A stretch of 64,000 nt of DNA from a virus. Made by a program: the position numbers and the translations under genes. The notes under the pieces were generated by a model. That model saw only the letters and a program-made list of their open reading frames with translations, was not told where the DNA came from and made no database searches. Below, in pieces: positions 1-10,511 of the stretch. Location: positions 1 to 64,000 of the IMG/VR virus record IMGVR_UViG_3300042520_002054; one strand, given 5' to 3'. Positions within the stretch are counted from its first letter, which is position 1, and every line of letters starts with the position of its first letter.

Positions 1-3000
1 TCTTAGTACCACCTTGAGTCTGTAGTGTATCTACACCAACAAATCTTGTAGGTTCAGAATCTTCATATAGAATAACAGCTCCGTTTTCATTAAGCGATTT
101 GATGTTATTCACCTTACCGCCAAAATCCTTGTAGTTATTTGCTAGATAAGCTTTCCAGTTATCACGCTTAAGCTCATCTTGTTGTTGTAGAGAGTATATA
201 ACCCTGTTGGGGTAGTACTCAAAACAATCTACTGCAACCTGGGGATCATAACTTCTTGGAAGAACTTTACCCCAAGTAGTGAAATTATTATACAGTTTAG
301 AAACACTGAGTGAAAAATCATACTTGTAGTAATTACCCATAGTAATGATATCCGATCTAAACATTTCATTATAATCAGAGTACCCTTCCGGTTCAAAGTG
401 TTTCTCATGTAAAAGTTCACCGTAATCTCTAAATGCAAGGTTGATTTCAGATTCTACAAAGAAGTCTCTTACACCATTATTAAATAAATAAAAGAATGCT
501 CTTTTAAGTACAAACACACCAGTCTTGCTACTAGCTCTATCTAAATGATGAAAATCACTAGGTGTAGTAAGCTGTAAACCATTCCTAAGATTTAGTTTAA
601 TCGTAAAGTCGTTAAGATCAAATCTTTCTAAGTTTGCCCAATAACGAGGAAAAGGTCCGTTAATATAATTTTTGTAATTATACTCTGTACCGTTGTTTTC
701 ACCTAGCAACCACTGGTTAAAAAAGAAATAAGGGTTCTTCTCAGTATAACGGTTAATATAAATATCACCACCAAAGATTACACCTGTTCTATACCGGTTA
801 CCGTCAGGTTGTGTTTTAAAAACGCAGCTTTCAATTGGAATCTGTACTATTGAATCTAATTGACCATATTGGTTCTCATAGCTTAGTTTAATTGCACCAT
901 AATAAGCAGATGTAGTTCTTGTATATACATCGTTAGTAGGATCATCATGCTTATTTAAATCATGTAATCGAACGCGTGAATTATCTTTTATTGACGTATT
1001 ACCTACGTTTATATGCGGTTCTACAATGTTAGATTGTAGTTTTACAGCAACAAACTTATTTCTGAAAAGATTATTAATCTTTAAATCATCAACATATGCT
1101 TGTACAAATGGATCAATGTATCTACCAGCATTATCAGAAATTGCTCTTCTTCTATTACCCTTACTTGTAATTGGTAATGAGTTGTTATAAAAACCATGAG
1201 AGTTTACCTGTAAAGCATAATCTCTATATGGACTAAAAGCATAAATAGCTTCAAGAGATGATTGAATACCAAGAGCGCCATAATATATTAATGCTGGTGC
1301 TGCTAATAAAATACCAGCAAGTGTACCTACAGGTCTTGCTGTAATCATACTTGGTACATCAGGAATAGCTGTAGCAGTTCCTGATTCAGCTTGTGATATT
1401 TTTATTGCACCTGCACCAAGAAATGTAGCACTAATATCAGTCCTGTTTGTCGCTTTACCTAAGGCTGCAAGAACTGCTATACCAGCACCGACAATGGATG
1501 CAAATATAAAAGCACCATCTGTAATTAATTTACTTTTAGGATGCTTATATGGAAATTCAAATTTACCTTCTACACTACCATGTTCTACAGTGTATAATTC
1601 AATTGCGCCTTGTGAAAAGAAGGGTTTATTAAATGTAGTATCTGGTGAATGAAACGAGTAAATATCTTTTCTGTAAGACGCAGGTGCTAAAGAAGAATGG
1701 TCAGGTTTATTACCATTATCTTTTTTTAACTCAGTTCTTAAAAATACATTAGGATTTAAATCATTATATGGGAAATTTTGGTACAAACCCTTTTTTCCAG
1801 GTTGTCCACTTATATCATATTCCCACATGTTGTTAAAAAGTCCCTTAGCAACAATACTTCTATTACCTTCGCGAGAACCTCTTAAAATTTCATAACCTAC
1901 AATGTCTAAAATAGGATTACCATCTATATCTAAAGGATGCTGGATATTTAAAAATTCAACACCTAATACAGATATTTTAGAACCGTTATCAGAATGAATA
2001 TGACTAGTAATATTATCTGGGAATTTATGGTGTCTTATAGCTTTTCCACACAAGTCACCCCAGATATCTGGTTTATCATCTGGATACCTCTCAGTTGATT
2101 CCCAGTAACCCATTTGACCTGTAGATGTTAAAACACCACCATCAGGTAATGTTCCCGATGTAGATGTCTTAGTAGCTGTATTATAAACCTGCCAGTTTTT
2201 AGTTTCACCAGGAAGTACGTCTGTACCTGAAGCAAGTTGTGTATCAGTTGCTAAAGGTGCACGACCAGGAATATGATATGAAGCTGACCGATGACCTGTT
2301 TTATAAATCCATCTAATAAAAAAACTATAAACCTCATCTCTCATATAAGAGGTTTTATTTCCACCTCTTATATAGTAATTTGAAGGATAATCAACAGATA
2401 GCCATCTAGATTGAATTTGGTTTGCTAAAGGTTGATAGTTAAAGTCAGGTCTTGTTGTTACACCAGATCTTAATAAATATCCATTTACTTCAAATATCTT
2501 ATCACTCTTATAGTAAAGAGCATTTTGTAAAGGAATGTATGATAATGGAATTGTAACCCAAGCTTGGTCAATAAGATCCAAAACAACCTTTTTCTGACGA
2601 GTATTGTAATATCCAACACGCCTTGCAACAGTCTGCAAGTTTACTGTAGTGACCATTACAAGTTCAAATTCATCAAAACTTGTATCGATCTCATCTATAT
2701 CTATTTCAATAGATCCACCAACTCCACTGTGACTCCATAAAGATTGAACATTACTTGGTTTAAAGTAATCTGATACTCTTACACCATTTACAGAGTAAGC
2801 TATTACAGCTTGATAGGAACCATTTAAAAGTTGACCGGCACCTTTCCCCTTATTGATACGAATACAGGGTGTATCTACAATAGATTGCAAGAGGGTCTTT
2901 TCACAGTCCAACTCATCTGAATATTCAGGAACATAGCATGAAGGATCTGGGGAAAGGTTTACTCCGGTCTTTTTATAGGGTACGTTATCCAGATTTAAAT

Positions 3001-3430
3001 ATCTGTCAGGGTTTAACCCGTCTTGCCAATAAACAGAATGGGTGCAATCATAATTTTCTTTTGCAGCACCTGTAATAAGATTTGTAGTTTTAAAACCTAA
3101 GCACTTATCATTTACTACTTTGGTATACTTACACAAACCTTCATTGAATATTCCAATCTCGCTATCAATGTTATTAGTAGAAAAAACAATCCACTCACTA
3201 CCGGATTTATGAACCAAACCTATTACGGTATATGGTGCAGACGTACAGTACTTGTTAGCTTGTTCATTACCTAATACACCAACTTCACCTAAATGTGAGT
3301 TGTTTACTCCGTTACGGGCATGAGTCCACAGTCCCTCACCGACAAATAAGTCGTTGAAGTCTTTAACCATACCTTTTGTGAAGGTATTGTTTTTTTGTAG
3401 ACTACTCTTATTATCCAGCCCTTCACTCAT
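1..3430 (-). CDS. Tail stabilization/muzzle-like protein, crAss-type (partial, runs off the left edge)
   Basis: Not in the ORF track because no stop lies in the window. ATG at 3430 gives MSEGLDNKSSLQKNNTFTKGMVKDFND..., and the same frame is open at the window edge (...DTLQTQGGTK). Over 1100 aa. The N-terminal NTFTKGM.KD motif and position after the ring genes fit crAss-like tail stabilization proteins. Confidence 0.75.
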   Translation of the reverse strand, partial: MSEGLDNKSSLQKNNTFTKGMVKDFNDLFVGEGLWTHARNGVNNSHLGEVGVLGNEQANKYCTSAPYTVIGLVHKSGSEWIVFSTNNIDSEIGIFNEGLCKYTKVVNDKCLGFKTTNLITGAAKENYDCTHSVYWQDGLNPDRYLNLDNVPYKKTGVNLSPDPSCYVPEYSDELDCEKTLLQSIVDTPCIRINKGKGAGQLLNGSYQAVIAYSVNGVRVSDYFKPSNVQSLWSHSGVGGSIEIDIDEIDTSFDEFELVMVTTVNLQTVARRVGYYNTRQKKVVLDLIDQAWVTIPLSYIPLQNALYYKSDKIFEVNGYLLRSGVTTRPDFNYQPLANQIQSRWLSVDYPSNYYIRGGNKTSYMRDEVYSFFIRWIYKTGHRSASYHIPGRAPLATDTQLASGTDVLPGETKNWQVYNTATKTSTSGTLPDGGVLTSTGQMGYWESTERYPDDKPDIWGDLCGKAIRHHKFPDNITSHIHSDNGSKISVLGVEFLNIQHPLDIDGNPILDIVGYEILRGSREGNRSIVAKGLFNNMWEYDISGQPGKKGLYQNFPYNDLNPNVFLRTELKKDNGNKPDHSSLAPASYRKDIYSFHSPDTTFNKPFFSQGAIELYTVEHGSVEGKFEFPYKHPKSKLITDGAFIFASIVGAGIAVLAALGKATNRTDISATFLGAGAIKISQAESGTATAIPDVPSMITARPVGTLAGILLAAPALIYYGALGIQSSLEAIYAFSPYRDYALQVNSHGFYNNSLPITSKGNRRRAISDNAGRYIDPFVQAYVDDLKINNLFRNKFVAVKLQSNIVEPHINVGNTSIKDNSRVRLHDLNKHDDPTNDVYTRTTSAYYGAIKLSYENQYGQLDSIVQIPIESCVFKTQPDGNRYRTGVIFGGDIYINRYTEKNPYFFFNQWLLGENNGTEYNYKNYINGPFPRYWANLERFDLNDFTIKLNLRNGLQLTTPSDFHHLDRASSKTGVFVLKRAFFYLFNNGVRDFFVESEINLAFRDYGELLHEKHFEPEGYSDYNEMFRSDIITMGNYYKYDFSLSVSKLYNNFTTWGKVLPRSYDPQVAVDCFEYYPNRVIYSLQQQDELKRDNWKAYLANNYKDFGGKVNNIKSLNENGAVILYEDSEPTRFVGVDTLQTQGGTK

Positions 3431-3780
3431 AGCTTTATGTTAATTTTCTTTTTGTCTAAAAACTTATAAAGATTCTCTGTCAAATGTCCTGTTAACCAGG
3501 CTTTAGTTTCTTCATCCTCAATATATCTATCCTCGCATATACGAGTTGATAAATGAAATACCTCATGTGCTATGAGGTTATGCGATATCTGTTCTTGTAA
3601 AAGCACAAGATGATATAAGCTATTTGTATAAAAGACGCAACCATCAGCGTCTTCAATAGACCATAGCTCTTTAGTTTTACGATACGTTTTTATAGCAACC
3701 TCTTCCATTGAATCAGTTATCATAAAAACTACACTTGCATCATAAACACCTACTTTAATTTTTTTCTGTACAATGCTCAT
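3427..3780 (-). CDS. Small protein with HExxH motif (zincin-like)
   Basis: IAHEVFH motif plus a downstream EDEE; overlaps both neighbours by 4 nt. Confidence 0.5.
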   Translation of the reverse strand: MSIVQKKIKVGVYDASVVFMITDSMEEVAIKTYRKTKELWSIEDADGCVFYTNSLYHLVLLQEQISHNLIAHEVFHLSTRICEDRYIEDEETKAWLTGHLTENLYKFLDKKKINIKL

Positions 3781-4871
3781 CTTATATTGCTCTTAAACAT
3801 GTTATAGTAGTTATGATATTGAGCTTTGCGATTCATCTCCCATACACGTTTCAATTCATTAAAGTCAGGAGTGTTCACATAGCTAAATGCATTATTTCTC
3901 GCCATTCTTAATTTTTGCGAAATGAATTGCAGTTTATTTTGAACTGCAGATTCACCACTTAAAAACATATTTTCAAATATTCTTTCTTTCAATGCATACT
4001 CATAATATTCATTGACAATAGGATGATCAAATACTAAAAGGTTACCAGCATCATCTTCCATTACAGAACTATAATTCAAGTAAATAGTACCCTCGTCAAA
4101 ATTTACATGAAAGAATCCATTTTCAAGATATCCGATATAATGACTTTTAACAGTTAAATTCCAGCAGTCATTCATTATCTTTCTGCTAGGTTTAATTTCA
4201 ATAGGCACTAAACGCTTGTATGTATTTACAACATTGTTGTGTATATAAGTTACCGTAGGATTATTATCATCATCGTTTTGCAAGTGAGTTTGCTGACTAC
4301 CAAAGTTTGTAATTGACTTTTTACCAATAATGATAATTTTAACTCCTGTAATAATTTGTGCTGTATCATTATCAAGAATAATTTCTCCAGCGCTTGGTGT
4401 TGAAAAATCAAAAGATGCTAATGTTCCATCAGGTAACTGAGCTTGAACAATTACATCCATTGTATTAAGAGTGTGACTTATCAAATTACCATTAGGTTGA
4501 AGATCCATTGTAATTGTAAACTGATCTACACTTGTTCTTGATAAAATATTTTGCGCCATCAATACACCTTCAAGTAAACCTTGATTGTAAGTTTTTTCTT
4601 TTCTTACAATTGGATGTTCGTTACGTGACTCACAAACCAAAGCAAAATTCAATACATGAAAATCTTCAGGAAGTCTAGCTTTACCTTTATGAATCTCAAT
4701 ACACTTTTGTCTTGTAGGATTCACCTTTAGTCCAAGTTCACGGTTTACCTTAATTGCTACTTTAAGCAATTCTTGAGGTTCTACATAACCTTGACTATCG
4801 ACACCCTTCATGTCAATCTCGACACTTTGCAAAAGCTCGTCAAATGTTCTATATTGAATTTCGGTTAGCAT
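3777..4871 (-). CDS. Tail tubular/ring protein with internal insertion
   Basis: I.I.KGKARLPEDF motif near the N-terminus and C-terminal YSSVMEDDAGNLLVFDHP..EYYEYALK, typical of crAss ring/tubular proteins; synteny. Confidence 0.65.
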   Translation of the reverse strand: MLTEIQYRTFDELLQSVEIDMKGVDSQGYVEPQELLKVAIKVNRELGLKVNPTRQKCIEIHKGKARLPEDFHVLNFALVCESRNEHPIVRKEKTYNQGLLEGVLMAQNILSRTSVDQFTITMDLQPNGNLISHTLNTMDVIVQAQLPDGTLASFDFSTPSAGEIILDNDTAQIITGVKIIIIGKKSITNFGSQQTHLQNDDDNNPTVTYIHNNVVNTYKRLVPIEIKPSRKIMNDCWNLTVKSHYIGYLENGFFHVNFDEGTIYLNYSSVMEDDAGNLLVFDHPIVNEYYEYALKERIFENMFLSGESAVQNKLQFISQKLRMARNNAFSYVNTPDFNELKRVWEMNRKAQYHNYYNMFKSNIR

Positions 4872-4882
4872 CGTCTTAAAAT

Positions 4883-5557
4883 TTATTGTCTAGCAAGGTG
4901 TCGATTATCCTGCATGATATCAGATGGTATTTGAATCATACCTGCTAAATCTCTTACAACATTCTGTTCAATTTCAGCAAATAAAAATTCAGGTACATGG
5001 AAACCTCTTTCTTGCATGTACAAACAATCATCTTTGTCGTCACAGTTATATTTACTAATGTCTTCTTCAAAAACACCTTCAATTCGAATAGCATCCCATT
5101 CTAGATTTGGGAAATATAGATAACCATCAAGATACCAGTAATACTTTTTCTTATTGTATTTAAATGTCTTCTGGTTTGCAATTTTTTCAAATGTATTTGG
5201 AAAAGTAGGAACAAGTTCCTCACTCATGTCAATGCTTGTTACAGATCTCATTAAAGGACCCCAGTATCCTTGCATCAGCGATGGAACTTTATGTTTAGTT
5301 CTTTTGAATGTACACCCGCTTTCAACACAATGACATTGTGCTTCTATTTTGTCAATTTCAATTAGCTCAACAAATGAGAGTGCTTGAAAAACAGAATTAA
5401 ACTTCATAATACGATTCAGGTTATCCTGACGTCGCATCATGACAGCAGCGTATTTACGAATAAGGGAATAAAGGAAACGGTCGGTTAAAAAAGCATCTTG
5501 CTTTACCGACTTAACTTGATTACGCACCCTAGATATTACTTCACCAATTGTTACCAT
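4883..5557 (-). CDS. Tail ring/adaptor structural protein
   Basis: 224 aa, YYWYLDGYLYFPN...IRIEGVFEE motif; synteny in the tail block. Confidence 0.6.
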   Translation of the reverse strand: MVTIGEVISRVRNQVKSVKQDAFLTDRFLYSLIRKYAAVMMRRQDNLNRIMKFNSVFQALSFVELIEIDKIEAQCHCVESGCTFKRTKHKVPSLMQGYWGPLMRSVTSIDMSEELVPTFPNTFEKIANQKTFKYNKKKYYWYLDGYLYFPNLEWDAIRIEGVFEEDISKYNCDDKDDCLYMQERGFHVPEFLFAEIEQNVVRDLAGMIQIPSDIMQDNRHLARQ

Positions 5558-5582
5558 ACTTTTGTATGTTTAGGTAGGGTGC

Positions 5583-6167
5583 TTAGTCAAGTGCTAGTTC
5601 ATCATAACTATCGAGGTTTTTGATGTTCTCTGCTTCTTTCATAATCCTATAGTTATTTTTTCTAAATAACTTGGATACTTGAAGCGTGTGATCTACTTGC
5701 ACATATAGTTTCCAGTTTTCAGGATACACTTTACCAAGTGTTCTTTTAAACCTTCTTGAACCTTGAAAACCCCAAATCTCATAATTCTTGAATCTATACC
5801 TGGTTTCGTGATTTGTGTAAAATATCTTTGCTAGATAATTATCACTCTCCCAGTTACGATGCTGAATTACTTTGAGATAATCCTGCGATTTTCTAAAGTC
5901 TACATTCTTGCGAATTTTAGGTAGACAGGTTCCTATAAACAAATTTCCTACATGCTCCGGAAGCTCAACACCATCCCTGCTTTCCAACACCGTATTCCAG
6001 GTAAGCTCATTAAATGTTAAGATTATGTTCTTAATCTCAGCATCAGAAAGCTTATCCAAACCATGTATTTTGCTTCTTAGAAGACTGATAACAGACTTAT
6101 TAAGAGTACCCAATACAGAGGGTCGAAATCGCGGTGCATTTAAGTCTGGTTTCTTAGCGTCTTTCAT
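5583..6167 (-). CDS. IHF/HU-like basic protein of the crAss structural block
   Basis: Basic; helical N-half followed by GVELPEHVGNLFI, resembling the IHF beta-arm start; synteny. Confidence 0.5.
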   Translation of the reverse strand: MKDAKKPDLNAPRFRPSVLGTLNKSVISLLRSKIHGLDKLSDAEIKNIILTFNELTWNTVLESRDGVELPEHVGNLFIGTCLPKIRKNVDFRKSQDYLKVIQHRNWESDNYLAKIFYTNHETRYRFKNYEIWGFQGSRRFKRTLGKVYPENWKLYVQVDHTLQVSKLFRKNNYRIMKEAENIKNLDSYDELALD

Positions 6168-6225
6168 GCACGTCCTACAATAAGAATTTAATAAATTTTT
6201 GCCACATTTTCATGGTTTCGAACCA

Positions 6226-7563
6226 TTAAAGTGTATAAACAAACTCTGAAACTTTACCTTTCTTCTCACAATGCAGTTCTAAGATTCCCGCACGCTTATT
6301 ACCAGTCCATTTATTGTGATAATGATAGTAGTCTGAAGAAGATAAACTAGGGAGCTGTCGTGTTGTAAATCCGTTCTCTTCGTTTTCGGTAAGGTACTCT
6401 TTGGACCTTTTTGTATGGTAATGACCTACATACAGAGTTCTGTAAAGTGCAGAACCCCACTGAGTTGGAAACTCGGTAGCATAAACTAGCGGATTATTTT
6501 TACTGCTTACATCACCGTGCTCAAAACAAAACATGTTTGATCCATAAACATGTACCTTTCTTTCAGCGTAATTACTGTCAAATTCAATATTTGACCAATC
6601 TTTAAATCCTTGCTGAATAGCATGAACTAAGTGAAAAGATGATAATCTGTCATGATTACCCGGAAGAAATACAATCTTTAACTTATTGCAGAACTGAGAT
6701 ATTGTTCCTATTGTCTGCATTAGCGAGTCAAACGCTTTTATGTATGTTTCAACAGGTCCTTCACCATTTTCTACTATTGTACCCTTGGTTGTTGTACCAT
6801 TAAATGTATCCATGTTTAGAGCATCACCACCTACTACAAAAATTATTTCATCTAAATAGTAAGTGTTGTAAGCCTTTGTCAATAAAGACTTTACACAACT
6901 TTCGAGGATTTCTCCGAGGTTTTCATTTCCTGGTTTTCCAAAGTGAAGATCTTGGAGAGAAAAGACTCCACAGACTTTTTCTTCTGAGGATTTATTGAGC
7001 AGGATGTTACTTTTGTCGAGGGGTTGAATTTCCGGTAATTCATAATTCTGAAGAATTTCTAAAAACGTACTTTGTATAACATGTTCTTCAGGTAGTTTAC
7101 TAACTAACGCAGAAACATACCATCTACCACTTTTCTCCTTGTTCCAGTATTGCGAGAGTTTCCACTTCTTTGTATCAATGTTTAAAAGTGAAATAATTTC
7201 TTCAGCACTTCTAGGTTCTGTAGCAAATAGACCGGTAATCTTGGTAGTACCTGTTTCTAAGTCAACATGTTGCTCTACTATTGTAGCTGATTCAGATTTA
7301 GAACTATCAATAATAATCTTACCTAAATTTTCATCGAGTTCTGAAAGAAGTGTAATGGATTCTTCACCATCTACTAGTTTTCGTTGCAAGTAGTTGACAA
7401 CATGTGTATCAACAACGGGAGAAATATCACTGATTGCATTAACAACTAATTCTTTTAATGCTAGATATTTTTTGAGTGGTATACCTATTTTTTCTGCTTT
7501 TTCAAGATCAGAACGCTTGCGTTTCAAGCTTTGGTATACAGATGAAATTAGACTCATGGGCAT
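6226..7563 (-). CDS. Calcineurin-like metallophosphoesterase with N-terminal extension
   Basis: Motifs DLHFG, GGD, GNHD, HGD and GHYH in the canonical order. Confidence 0.85.
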   Translation of the reverse strand: MPMSLISSVYQSLKRKRSDLEKAEKIGIPLKKYLALKELVVNAISDISPVVDTHVVNYLQRKLVDGEESITLLSELDENLGKIIIDSSKSESATIVEQHVDLETGTTKITGLFATEPRSAEEIISLLNIDTKKWKLSQYWNKEKSGRWYVSALVSKLPEEHVIQSTFLEILQNYELPEIQPLDKSNILLNKSSEEKVCGVFSLQDLHFGKPGNENLGEILESCVKSLLTKAYNTYYLDEIIFVVGGDALNMDTFNGTTTKGTIVENGEGPVETYIKAFDSLMQTIGTISQFCNKLKIVFLPGNHDRLSSFHLVHAIQQGFKDWSNIEFDSNYAERKVHVYGSNMFCFEHGDVSSKNNPLVYATEFPTQWGSALYRTLYVGHYHTKRSKEYLTENEENGFTTRQLPSLSSSDYYHYHNKWTGNKRAGILELHCEKKGKVSEFVYTL

Positions 7564-7579
7564 GGGTTTTCATAAGTAA

Positions 7580-7593
7580 GTTCTACAAATATA
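7580..7593 (-). promoter_or_regulatory. Bacteroidota-type -7 promoter element TATATTTG(TAGAAC)
   Basis: Matches TAnnTTTG just upstream of the phosphoesterase; lies within the inverted repeat AGTTCTACAAA...TTTGTAGAACT (7579-7610). Confidence 0.6.
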
Positions 7594-7635
7594 TATCTTT
7601 TTGTAGAACTTTATGTTAATTTAAGGAAAAATAGT

Positions 7636-7666
7636 AAGAACCCCCAGTATTGCTACCGGGGGTCTT
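7636..7666 (-). terminator. Rho-independent terminator
   Basis: Minus strand reads AAGACCCCCGGTA-GCAA-TACTGGGGGTTCTT, followed by a T-rich tail. Confidence 0.7.
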
Positions 7667-7716
7667 ACAGACCACTGCCAGGAGAAACCAACAAACCTGA
7701 TCAATGATTTTTTATC

Positions 7717-8223
7717 TTAACACTGAATATCGTCTGGTCCAATCACCACACCTTCGGTAGTAATAAGCCAGTTCATGTTATTAGCAAATAAATGCGTAAA
7801 GCCTTGCAGACGTCCACTCATAGAGCCATCAATATACAATTGACATCCAGAACCAAACTCGTCGGGTCTACACGTTGTATAGAATACATTACCACCAATA
7901 ATAGCCATACTGCATGCAGCACCTGTATCACCACCCCATCCAACGTTAAAGTATTCTACAGGGTCAGTACTGCCACCACCTCCGCCACCGGGTGTAGTTA
8001 TACTTACTACAGTGCTATTAGTTGGACCACCATTATTGCAGATATTATCAACTCGATAATAAACAGTTGCACCATCAGGAGCGGTTGAATCAGTATAAGT
8101 TCCTAGACTAGGCGATACAGTTGCTAACAGTGTAGACACACTTAGATCTAAACCTCTATAAATACGTTGGTTTGTTGAGTTAGCTCCACCTGCTGGTGTC
8201 CATGTTAATGTTACTGTTGCCAT
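7717..8223 (-). CDS. FN3/Ig-like domain virion protein
   Basis: TLTWTPAGG...YTDST...YYRV pattern, poly-Gly linker, Cys-containing C-terminal domain; paralog of the neighbouring gene. Confidence 0.65.
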   Translation of the reverse strand: MATVTLTWTPAGGANSTNQRIYRGLDLSVSTLLATVSPSLGTYTDSTAPDGATVYYRVDNICNNGGPTNSTVVSITTPGGGGGGSTDPVEYFNVGWGGDTGAACSMAIIGGNVFYTTCRPDEFGSGCQLYIDGSMSGRLQGFTHLFANNMNWLITTEGVVIGPDDIQC

Positions 8224-8241
8224 AATATTTTAAATTTTATC

Positions 8242-8784
8242 TTATGAGTCAAAACCCGCATCATTCATAACGCTCAAGTTAGAAGGTGCAAGACATGGTT
8301 GGTTAGCAATTGATACAGAATCTGAGCAAGAAATTTGAAAACCACCACAGGAAATTGTAAACGAATATGTATACGTTGTACCATAAGATCCAGTAAATGC
8401 TACACTAAAACCTGATCCGCTATTACTTGTAGCTTGTGCAGAAATACCATTATTAAATGTAACATTACCAGTATACTGAGAGTTTCCAGGTAATGTAGGA
8501 AATGACAATTCTACACCAGTTCCATTAACAGTTTCTGTAACTGTAGGGCAAGTAGGATTACAAATAATTACGTCGTTTGAATCTACTGTACCGTTACTAC
8601 ATATGTTAACAATCTGATACGTGTAAGCAATATTATCAGATGCAGTACTGTCAGTATATGTACTTACAGCAGCGCCAATAGTTGCAATAGTAGAGAAAGC
8701 TCCACCACCTGATTTTCTTTGAACTTGTTGTCCGGTTGTTGTTTGACCACCCGCTGGTGTCCAGTTTAAAGTAAATGTTGCCAT
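8242..8784 (-). CDS. FN3/Ig-like domain virion protein
   Basis: MATFTLNWTPAGG...YTDSTA...YTYQI; paralog of 7717-8223. Confidence 0.65.
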   Translation of the reverse strand: MATFTLNWTPAGGQTTTGQQVQRKSGGGAFSTIATIGAAVSTYTDSTASDNIAYTYQIVNICSNGTVDSNDVIICNPTCPTVTETVNGTGVELSFPTLPGNSQYTGNVTFNNGISAQATSNSGSGFSVAFTGSYGTTYTYSFTISCGGFQISCSDSVSIANQPCLAPSNLSVMNDAGFDS

Positions 8785-8807
8785 TTTATATAAGTTTGTT
8801 TAAATGT

Positions 8808-10490
8808 TTAACCTAATGTTTGAGCTGAAAGTCCTGTTGGTGTAGTACATCCCTCAGGGCAATCTGTTACAGTATATGTTAGAGTCTTTTGTTTTACAGC
8901 ATCACCACAATTCATTGTCATATTCAATGTAATCTGTGTACCTGAAAGATTCAGGTTGATAGGATCTATAACACCTCCACCAATTGACTGACCAAATGTC
9001 CACTGATTACTATTAGTAGGTGCAGCTGAGTAAGTTAAACTATCCTGTACTAATAAGTTTGATGTACCTGTTTCATAAACAGTAATATTTATGTCTGAAC
9101 CTTCAGCCCAAGTAGCTGAAGCAGGTATATTTACGTTATACAAAAATCCTATAGATGGACAGTCTGGCGCATCAATTGTTACCCAACCTTCTTCAATCTC
9201 TGCAGTATCACAATCATCAGCAGGTCTACATGCATTCTTTGTAAATGTTAATTCAATTGTTGAAGACTCTTCAAAACCTTCACAAATTGTTTTAACTCTA
9301 ACTTTATAACTGTCACCTGAAATTAACCCTAACCCAAAGAAGTTAGCACTTGCAGAACCACCACCTGGTATATTTATAATATGAGAATCAATTTCAGTAT
9401 TGCTATTTACATGTACTAACAAAAACTGTAGACTTAATACTGTAGCACCACTTACGGTTGCAGAAGCAGTAATACCATTTTCTGTACGAGTACAAACTTC
9501 TTCATATGTCAATCCAGATGGCACGGGACATCCGGCTACACATTCTAATGTTGTAGCCTCAGCAGTAACCCAAGCAGAATCACCACCAGTACATTTAGTT
9601 TTAACTCTTATGTTATAGTTTGTCAATTCATTCAATCCTGATACTGTAATTGTATTTTGTCCAGCAAGTGTTGTTGTTAACATTCCACCAGCTGTCCACG
9701 TTGCAGAACCTGCAACTTGATATTCTAATGATACAGTAGGATTACTAGGAATATGAGCAACAGTTACAACAATTGCTTCACAGTTTACAGATGTAACGCT
9801 AAATTCTGGAGCAGGACATTGCGTAGGAATACAATCCACAGTTTCAGATAATGCAGGACATGGTGTTCCTCCACAAGATGCAGGTGTAATGACAGTTCTT
9901 GTTCTAGTCTTCAAACTATTTACACATTCTGACCAGGGACCCCATTCTGACACAACACAATCTACAGGAGTACAACACTCTTCTGTTTCAATAAGAGAAG
10001 GACATGGATCACCACCGCAGGAAGCAGGGGTAACAACAGTTCTTGTTCTCGTTCTTACACCATTATTACATGCAGACCATTCACTCCATGCAGATACCAC
10101 ACAATCAACGGGTTCACAGCATTCTCTTGTTTCTTCTAATGCAGGACATGGATCACCTCCATTAGAAGCAGGTGTTACCACAGTACGAGTTCTTGTTTGT
10201 TCACCATCGATACATTCTGACCATGGTCCCCACTCTGATACAACGCAATCAACAGGTTGCGGAGTACCATCACAGCAGCACTGTGTAAGTTTAGTCATAA
10301 TCTTGATAAGTACGCTCTCAAGTCTTTCGTTTCTTTGAACATTAAGACAAGGGAAATTAGGTCCTGTATAAAGAACGCAATCATCTTTATATAACTCAAC
10401 GCAGGGTTCGCCATTACACACTGGAGGTGGTGGAACAGTTACCGGAGGTACTGTTTGCTGGCAAGGTTGACAATAATCGTTAGGGTACAT
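8808..10490 (-). CDS. Cys-rich fibre/decoration protein with three thrombospondin type-1 repeats and FN3 domains
   Basis: Three copies of DCVVSxWxxWSxC...RTRTVxTPASxGGxPCPxL, then FN3-like VSGLNELTNYNIRVKTKC. Confidence 0.8.
   Translation of the reverse strand: MYPNDYCQPCQQTVPPVTVPPPPVCNGEPCVELYKDDCVLYTGPNFPCLNVQRNERLESVLIKIMTKLTQCCCDGTPQPVDCVVSEWGPWSECIDGEQTRTRTVVTPASNGGDPCPALEETRECCEPVDCVVSAWSEWSACNNGVRTRTRTVVTPASCGGDPCPSLIETEECCTPVDCVVSEWGPWSECVNSLKTRTRTVITPASCGGTPCPALSETVDCIPTQCPAPEFSVTSVNCEAIVVTVAHIPSNPTVSLEYQVAGSATWTAGGMLTTTLAGQNTITVSGLNELTNYNIRVKTKCTGGDSAWVTAEATTLECVAGCPVPSGLTYEEVCTRTENGITASATVSGATVLSLQFLLVHVNSNTEIDSHIINIPGGGSASANFFGLGLISGDSYKVRVKTICEGFEESSTIELTFTKNACRPADDCDTAEIEEGWVTIDAPDCPSIGFLYNVNIPASATWAEGSDINITVYETGTSNLLVQDSLTYSAAPTNSNQWTFGQSIGGGVIDPINLNLSGTQITLNMTMNCGDAVKQKTLTYTVTDCPEGCTTPTGLSAQTLG
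9831..10256 (-). repeat. Three tandem 144-nt (48-aa) TSP1-type coding repeats
   Basis: Repeat starts at aa 79, 127 and 175 of the 560-aa ORF. Confidence 0.85.
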
Positions 10491-10511
10491 CTCTATCTGT
10501 TATTTATATTT

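Noticed and set aside
9831-10256. Diversity-generating retroelement template/variable repeats
   Set aside because: The repeats are in-frame protein domain repeats with differences not limited to adenines, and no reverse transcriptase is in the window.
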